A stretch of 64,000 bases of DNA from Candidatus Poribacteria bacterium. GTDB lineage: Bacteria; Poribacteria; WGA-4E; WGA-3G. Positions 59,172-64,000 of the stretch are shown piece by piece. The DNA lies in NCBI GenBank assembly GCA_965214095.1, contig OZ243938.1:576001-640000 (forward strand), read 5' to 3'. The notes beneath the pieces were generated by a model, which had not been told where the DNA came from, searched no databases, and worked only from the letters and a program-made list of their open reading frames with translations. The position numbers and the translations under genes are program-made. Numbering within the stretch: the stretch's first letter is position 1; every line of letters begins with the position of its first letter.

Positions 59172-59269
59172 ATTTTGAAGCAGGAACAACAAAGCGAATT
59201 TGATGTAACAAATAACGTGAGTTGGATAATAGGTATATGAACTTCATTTTCCTAAATATTACTCTCATA

Positions 59270-59520
59270 GACCCGGTAGGTGCGGTTTCCAAACCTCACC
59301 ATAGGTGTCAATTTAGCGGTTACCTAATCCCTCTTCCATTGTTGGAGTGGTTTCTAACCACGATAATGTGGATCTTCCATTGTTGAAGTGGTTTCTAACC
59401 ACGATTTACAGGTTTTGGCTCAAAAAATCGGGGTTACAAACCCCTCCAACAATAGCGGATATCCTTATATTGACCCCTATGGTGAGATTTCCTAACCTCA
59501 CCATAGGCATCAATATAGCA
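59270..59520. repeat. Cluster of degenerate REP-like hairpins and short direct repeats
   Basis: GTAGGTGCGGTTTCCAAACC; TCTTCCATTGTTG[G/A]AGTGGTTTCTAACCACGAT twice; AACCTCACCATAGG twice. Confidence 0.6.
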
Positions 59521-59534
59521 AACCACAACCCGCT

Positions 59535-59675
59535 CTAGGCGCGCTTTGATGAAGATTAATTTATTAAACGGGTAATTCTCATATTCTCAAACCCGGTAGG
59601 AGCGGTTTCCTAACCGCTCCGGACTTCTCATGGAAATTACCTGATTTATTTCTTAATCTTCATTAAGCGCACTAG
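59535..59675. mobile_element. MITE with CTAG ends and central REP-like hairpin
   Basis: CTAGGCGCGCTTTGATGAAGATTAA ... TTAATCTTCATTAAGCGCACTAG; GTAGGAGCGGTTTCCTAACCGCTCC core. Confidence 0.62.
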
Positions 59676-59941
59676 ACATATCATATATGAAATATAACGA
59701 TGTGTGCAATTTTAGGTTGATATCAGCAATATCTTCTCAATCTTAAATGAAACCACAGGAGCGGCACCACGAACACTGAAAACATTAGAAACTTGCTAAT
59801 GTGCAGTAATGCTCAGTTGACACCTAGGTTCACAACAAATATCAAAGTTAAATTCACGAATTCTTGAGCGGATATGAAAAACGGCTCAAATCAAGTTATT
59901 ACTGGATTTAAGCCGATTTAGAAAATGTCCGATATTTGCGC

Positions 59942-60619
59942 TTATCGGGTGTTTTTGATGCTTGCCCATTTTGTTGTGAGCTTGGATTTAGGGTCTACGG
60001 GAAAACTGGTATCGCCGAAGTACTCAATTTCGCCAAGTTGAAAGTTTTGAACGGTTTCAAAAGCAATAAACCGAAAGAACCGATATCCGATATCTTGATC
60101 GTCGTAATCATCTCCTGCATCAAAACGGATAACTTGCAGGCGCGCATCCCACACACTACCCCCTTCGTGAGCAAAGATGGTCGTAAAATCTTCGCCGTCG
60201 TTCGACCCCTGGACTTCCCACACTGTCGGGTCTCTATTAGGAACATCGTTCGCTGAAGATACGGTGAAGTGTGTTAATGCATATTCTTCTTGAAACTCAG
60301 CTGTCACGTGTATGCCTCCCGCCGGAAGGTTTGCCGGTCCTCAGCACCATTTCGCATTGCCGCCGCCAAGTTGGTTATCAAAGACGTTAAACGCAAATTC
60401 CCCACCACCGAATCCGGGTTCTTCGCTAGATGTGAAAATGGCGTCATAACCTTCATCTGCATCAGGCAGTCCATCGTCTTCTGGGTCGGTTAGGTCTCCA
60501 CCAAGCAGTGAATCCGTTCCTACACCCAAGATTTCCTCAGCCTGTGCTATGTCGCTTGTGCTGAAAACAAACAGAGTCATCATCAACGCAAGTGCTGCTA
60601 ATACGAACATAATTCTCAT
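59942..60619 (-). CDS. Secreted discoidin/F5-8C-like protein, putative selenoprotein (KWC-U, UGA at 60341-60343)
   Basis: Two ORF-track fragments are in the same frame, separated only by TGA plus 11 sense codons. Signal peptide; AFNVFDN...KWC; SANDVPNRDP..WEVQGSNDG; QLGEIEYFG. Confidence 0.78.
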
Positions 60620-61174
60620 TCAGTACTACCTCCTAAGAGAAATGAATCTCACTTTTACGTGAGTTTCGCGTTAAGTTACGTTAGTTTGAATAAACTGCAT
60701 CAATTTTACCATTCAAATCTTTACTAATCTGTGTTCCATCATAGCATTTTATTTGAAATTATCAATTAATTCTAGAAATTCAATATTATTTTCAATAAAT
60801 TATGAAAACAGAGCAATGAAGTAGAGTATCATAGAGAACTTTGTGCAGTTACTCACCCAAAACAAAAAACTGATTCATTAACTGTGTTCCTATTAAGACA
60901 CTTTATTTGAAAACAGCATATATTATATAGAATGCCTTAATAAGTCCCATCATATCGTAGTTTGACATAATTGTCAACTAAAAATCAATGGAAATCCACC
61001 AATTATTTCAAAAGAGTGTGTAATTACCAATATGAAATGTCATTTCATAAAAGATTCGCTGGAGGAGTAAGAAAGATTCCAAATACTGAATATGGATATA
61101 TCTTTGTAGGAGGGAACTCAGATTCCCAATTTATCTGGCGCTTCAGATTTTTGGAGAGGACACTCCACTAGATA

Positions 61175-61220
61175 ATAAATCACTTCAAAGGAAACAAGAT
61201 TTTCCTTTGAAGCGATTTAT
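61175..61220. terminator. Long hairpin downstream of the PPC-domain gene
   Basis: ATAAATCACTTCAAAGGAAA-CAAGAT-TTTCCTTTGAAGCGATTTAT. Confidence 0.55.
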
Positions 61221-61292
61221 CTACCGTAAAGATTTTGCTTCAAACCTACCAACACAGCAATACATTTTCAATAAAACTAAGAACCTTGACAG

Positions 61293-63776
61293 TTAACGTA
61301 ATATCTTTACATTGATAACCGGACTGTCTTGTTGAAAAGTCTTTCCGTTTATAATAGCAGTAGCACGAAATCTGACCTGATAGGTCTTGGCTTCCAAAGA
61401 ACTCAGTGCCTCTAAATCTACTTCAATATCATTTTCATTGATAGGTATAGTCGCATCTGGGATAGTGATACCTTCTGGCACCGTTATCGGTTTTATAGTA
61501 ACAATATCCGTAAAACTTCCCTTCCGAACAATGCTCATTGTAAGTGTTGCAGATTTGGTAATCGGTTCAACCTTCGTCTCAGGTTCTGCTTGTGAAGTTT
61601 CAGTTGGACTCGGATTTGAGACCGCGACAGTTTCACCTTCTGCTGCTGCTGCCTGTGGTGCAGTTTCGTCTGTTTGCTTTGGAAATACAATGCTAAAACG
61701 CAATGGTTCAATCGTTACAATAAATGGTGCTTCAACGACTGTCAAAGGTATAACAGGAGATGACTCGGAATAGTTTTCTCGGTTGACATTCGCGGTACCA
61801 CTCACAGAAATGTAACTTGTTCCTGGAGTGGGGACAACAGAGAACTGCTCTCGACGTTCAACTGTACCCGCTCTCAATGAAATCACTGCACTATTTTTAC
61901 CCGCAGGAATTGTTGCCTTTCCGCCTGTGATACGAGCCGGAACACCTTGCACATTTAAGGCAATTGCCCCAGTGAAGTCAGCCCTTCGATCCGCAATCAC
62001 ATGAAAGTTTGTAGCTTTATTGTGAACAACGTTCACATCAACATCAGCAAATGATAGTGTAAATGGTGGTGTGTCCAACACCGTCAAGAGAATACCTTTC
62101 GGTGATGCAGTTTCCTCTATACGTTGACCACCAACAGCACTAACGCCAACAATAGAAAATGGATGTAGTCCCAACTCAGCGTCCTTTGGTGCGGTAATCG
62201 TTAACAGTGCTTGATTTTGACCGGGAAAGAGAATAGTTGGACTAACAACAAATCCTTTGGGTAGATCAGGAGAATAAAAACGGAGTGCACCATTGAATCC
62301 ATCTATCCGTCCAACTGAAGCAGTCAACATAAGCGTGCCACCGCGGCTAATCCGAGGATTGTCAGCATTCACACTCAAACGAAAACCTTGTTTCAGAGTA
62401 CGTATTGTAAGTCTATACGGAAAATTACTACCACCTGCATTATTTAGGTCTCGTATTGAAATACCGTAATCACCGGCTTCTGGGAATGTAAATGCAATCC
62501 TTGCGTCTGTTCCACTTGCATCATCATTGACCCGTAATATCTGTTCTACTACACTTCCTTCTGCTTCACCCTTTTTATGTGAATAGATAGTTAGCACCGG
62601 GTCGAGATGTGAACGGAACTCGCGTGCTTTTACATCAAAGACTAAACTCGTTCCTTTTTCAACTTTGATGGAATACCTATCTACATCTCCTTCTTTCTCT
62701 ATTCTACCGTTGACTGTGATCGGTGTACCAATTTTGTTTTCTTGTGCCAACGCATCATTCGGTTCAGTCTCGTTAGTCTCATTAAATTCACCAATAGCAA
62801 ATGGATATGGGTTTGTCTCTAAACCGTTGGGATTGCTAACTCTGAGCTCCTGAATGCCAAGTGTTGCATCCGGTGAAATATCAAGTTGTATCGCATTCAC
62901 AGATCCCAAATTAGCACCAGCAACATTGACTGTATTTGCAGCACCGCGTTTTCCACCTAATGGAAAAACACTCTGAAGATAGGGTAACTCTCCGATATTC
63001 AACCGATATAGATAATTGCCACCACCTTGGTATCTCACATCACGTAGGTGTAGTGTATATTTCCCTGCCATTTGGGTCGTATAATCAATAAATGAATCTA
63101 ACCCATTCCCATCCAAACTTTTTACAACCTCAGTACCATTTGGGTCATACAAAACCATATACGAATCTAAAGGAGACCCAATACGTTGCGCGAATATATC
63201 AGATATGAGACGCGCTCCTTTTCTTAAATTAAAATGAAATATATCCACATCATCAATAGAAGCAACCGTACCATTAACAGTAACTGGCAACTCAAGCATA
63301 TTTGATTCTTCATTGGTAGAATTTGGCTCCTGCTCCTTCATCTCAGGGAGGTCACCGACCATGAAGTTTTGTGGGTTCGAGACACCGTTTGGTGTGATAA
63401 GACGTATCTGATGATTCCCGAGTGGTGCGTTCGGTGCAATTTCAAATGACAGAACTAACCGAGGGTCATTTGGAATGTTCGCTGAAATACCAGATCCTGT
63501 AAAGCGAACGGTCGCTACAGGTGTTTTTTGCTTTATTTCTGCTTTGATACCTTCTTTATTAAGCCAAATCTTCGCACTTTCGTCTATGTTTTTTCCGACT
63601 AATGTTACTTCGATCGTTTGTCCGCGTTGTGCTGCACGTGGGGATATACTCGACAATTGTGGCGCAACTTGGGCATGTGATATCCCTACAATCAAAAAGA
63701 AGGTTAGGACAACTTGAATTAGGAATTGTTTTTTATACTTTGTTGCTATATGTTTACAGAATAGTGGTTCAAGCAT
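61293..63776 (-). CDS. Secreted PPC (peptidase pre-C-terminal)-domain repeat protein, Planctomycetes type
   Basis: P.AAQRG, EQEPN, LPVTVNG, GSPLDS, GKYTLHLRD, YRL.IG, FPLGG repeats. Confidence 0.8.
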   Translation of the reverse strand: MLEPLFCKHIATKYKKQFLIQVVLTFFLIVGISHAQVAPQLSSISPRAAQRGQTIEVTLVGKNIDESAKIWLNKEGIKAEIKQKTPVATVRFTGSGISANIPNDPRLVLSFEIAPNAPLGNHQIRLITPNGVSNPQNFMVGDLPEMKEQEPNSTNEESNMLELPVTVNGTVASIDDVDIFHFNLRKGARLISDIFAQRIGSPLDSYMVLYDPNGTEVVKSLDGNGLDSFIDYTTQMAGKYTLHLRDVRYQGGGNYLYRLNIGELPYLQSVFPLGGKRGAANTVNVAGANLGSVNAIQLDISPDATLGIQELRVSNPNGLETNPYPFAIGEFNETNETEPNDALAQENKIGTPITVNGRIEKEGDVDRYSIKVEKGTSLVFDVKAREFRSHLDPVLTIYSHKKGEAEGSVVEQILRVNDDASGTDARIAFTFPEAGDYGISIRDLNNAGGSNFPYRLTIRTLKQGFRLSVNADNPRISRGGTLMLTASVGRIDGFNGALRFYSPDLPKGFVVSPTILFPGQNQALLTITAPKDAELGLHPFSIVGVSAVGGQRIEETASPKGILLTVLDTPPFTLSFADVDVNVVHNKATNFHVIADRRADFTGAIALNVQGVPARITGGKATIPAGKNSAVISLRAGTVERREQFSVVPTPGTSYISVSGTANVNRENYSESSPVIPLTVVEAPFIVTIEPLRFSIVFPKQTDETAPQAAAAEGETVAVSNPSPTETSQAEPETKVEPITKSATLTMSIVRKGSFTDIVTIKPITVPEGITIPDATIPINENDIEVDLEALSSLEAKTYQVRFRATAIINGKTFQQDSPVINVKILR

Positions 63777-63879
63777 ATTATATACCTCTTAGACAAGGAC
63801 TTATACCGTTTTCAATTGATAATACTTAGTAGTTATGATGTGCTCATTTGGGTAGGAATAAAATAATTGGTTTTCCACA

Positions 63880-64000
63880 TTATATCGTTACCGAAGCTAA
63901 CCCCTCTGAAAAAAGTCCAGCTTCCTTAAATCTCGGTTCAATAACCCACTCTCCCGATTTGTCAATGTAACCGTACTTAGCATCTACATAAAGTCCAGTT
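63880..64000 (-). CDS. WG-repeat protein, C-terminal fragment
   Basis: Manual translation KYGYIDKSGEWVIEPRFKEAGLFSEGLASVTI*; the gene starts beyond the window. Confidence 0.75.
   Translation of the reverse strand, partial: TGLYVDAKYGYIDKSGEWVIEPRFKEAGLFSEGLASVTI

Noticed and set aside
59083-59538. Short ORFs 59083-59292 and 59347-59538 (also 39793-40101, 5649-5849, 60971-61171)
   Set aside because: They run through REP/MITE or AT-rich intergenic sequence, or antisense to real genes, and have no protein-like features.
8845-60343. Genome-wide UGA reassignment (code 4 or 25) explaining the two in-frame UGAs
   Set aside because: UGA ends several genes at their expected C-termini (MATE, Rrf2, cysH, Mec), TGG encodes Trp normally, and both read-through UGAs sit at Cys-type positions.
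1-64000. tRNA (including tRNA-Sec), rRNA, riboswitches
   Set aside because: No cloverleaf, rRNA or riboswitch consensus was recognised by eye; a covariance search would be needed to exclude them fully.

Overview
This is a 64 kb AT-rich bacterial chromosomal window. It is probably from Candidatus Poribacteria or a related lineage, inferred from a Poribacteria-style C-terminal 'VDPKSKLTTKWASIK' motif plus Uma2, PhyH, PPC-domain and PQQ-propeller genes. The left third holds housekeeping and sulfur genes: RNase Z-like, mtnP, argS, acs, moeA, an Rrf2-cysK-cysH-sulfur carrier-Mec-NIL cluster, and an IS630. From about 23.5 to 59 kb runs a co-directional minus-strand respiratory supercluster. It contains a Rieske/split cytochrome b with an octaheme cytochrome c, a cytochrome c-associated bd-like (OR-N type) oxidase module, an A1 heme-copper oxidase with assembly genes, and a putative maturation module whose proteins share six PCP_red-like domains. 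Highlights: (1) two in-frame UGA genes that look like selenoproteins, a rhodanese YUQGGYR and a secreted discoidin-like protein with vicinal KWCU; (2) a small beta module inserted in three different respiratory subunits; (3) a perfect palindrome upstream of two respiratory sub-operons; (4) several MITE families, one with IS630-type 29-bp ends, each carrying a GTAG REP-like hairpin. No rRNA, tRNA or CRISPR array was seen. All family assignments come from motif recognition by eye, not database searches.
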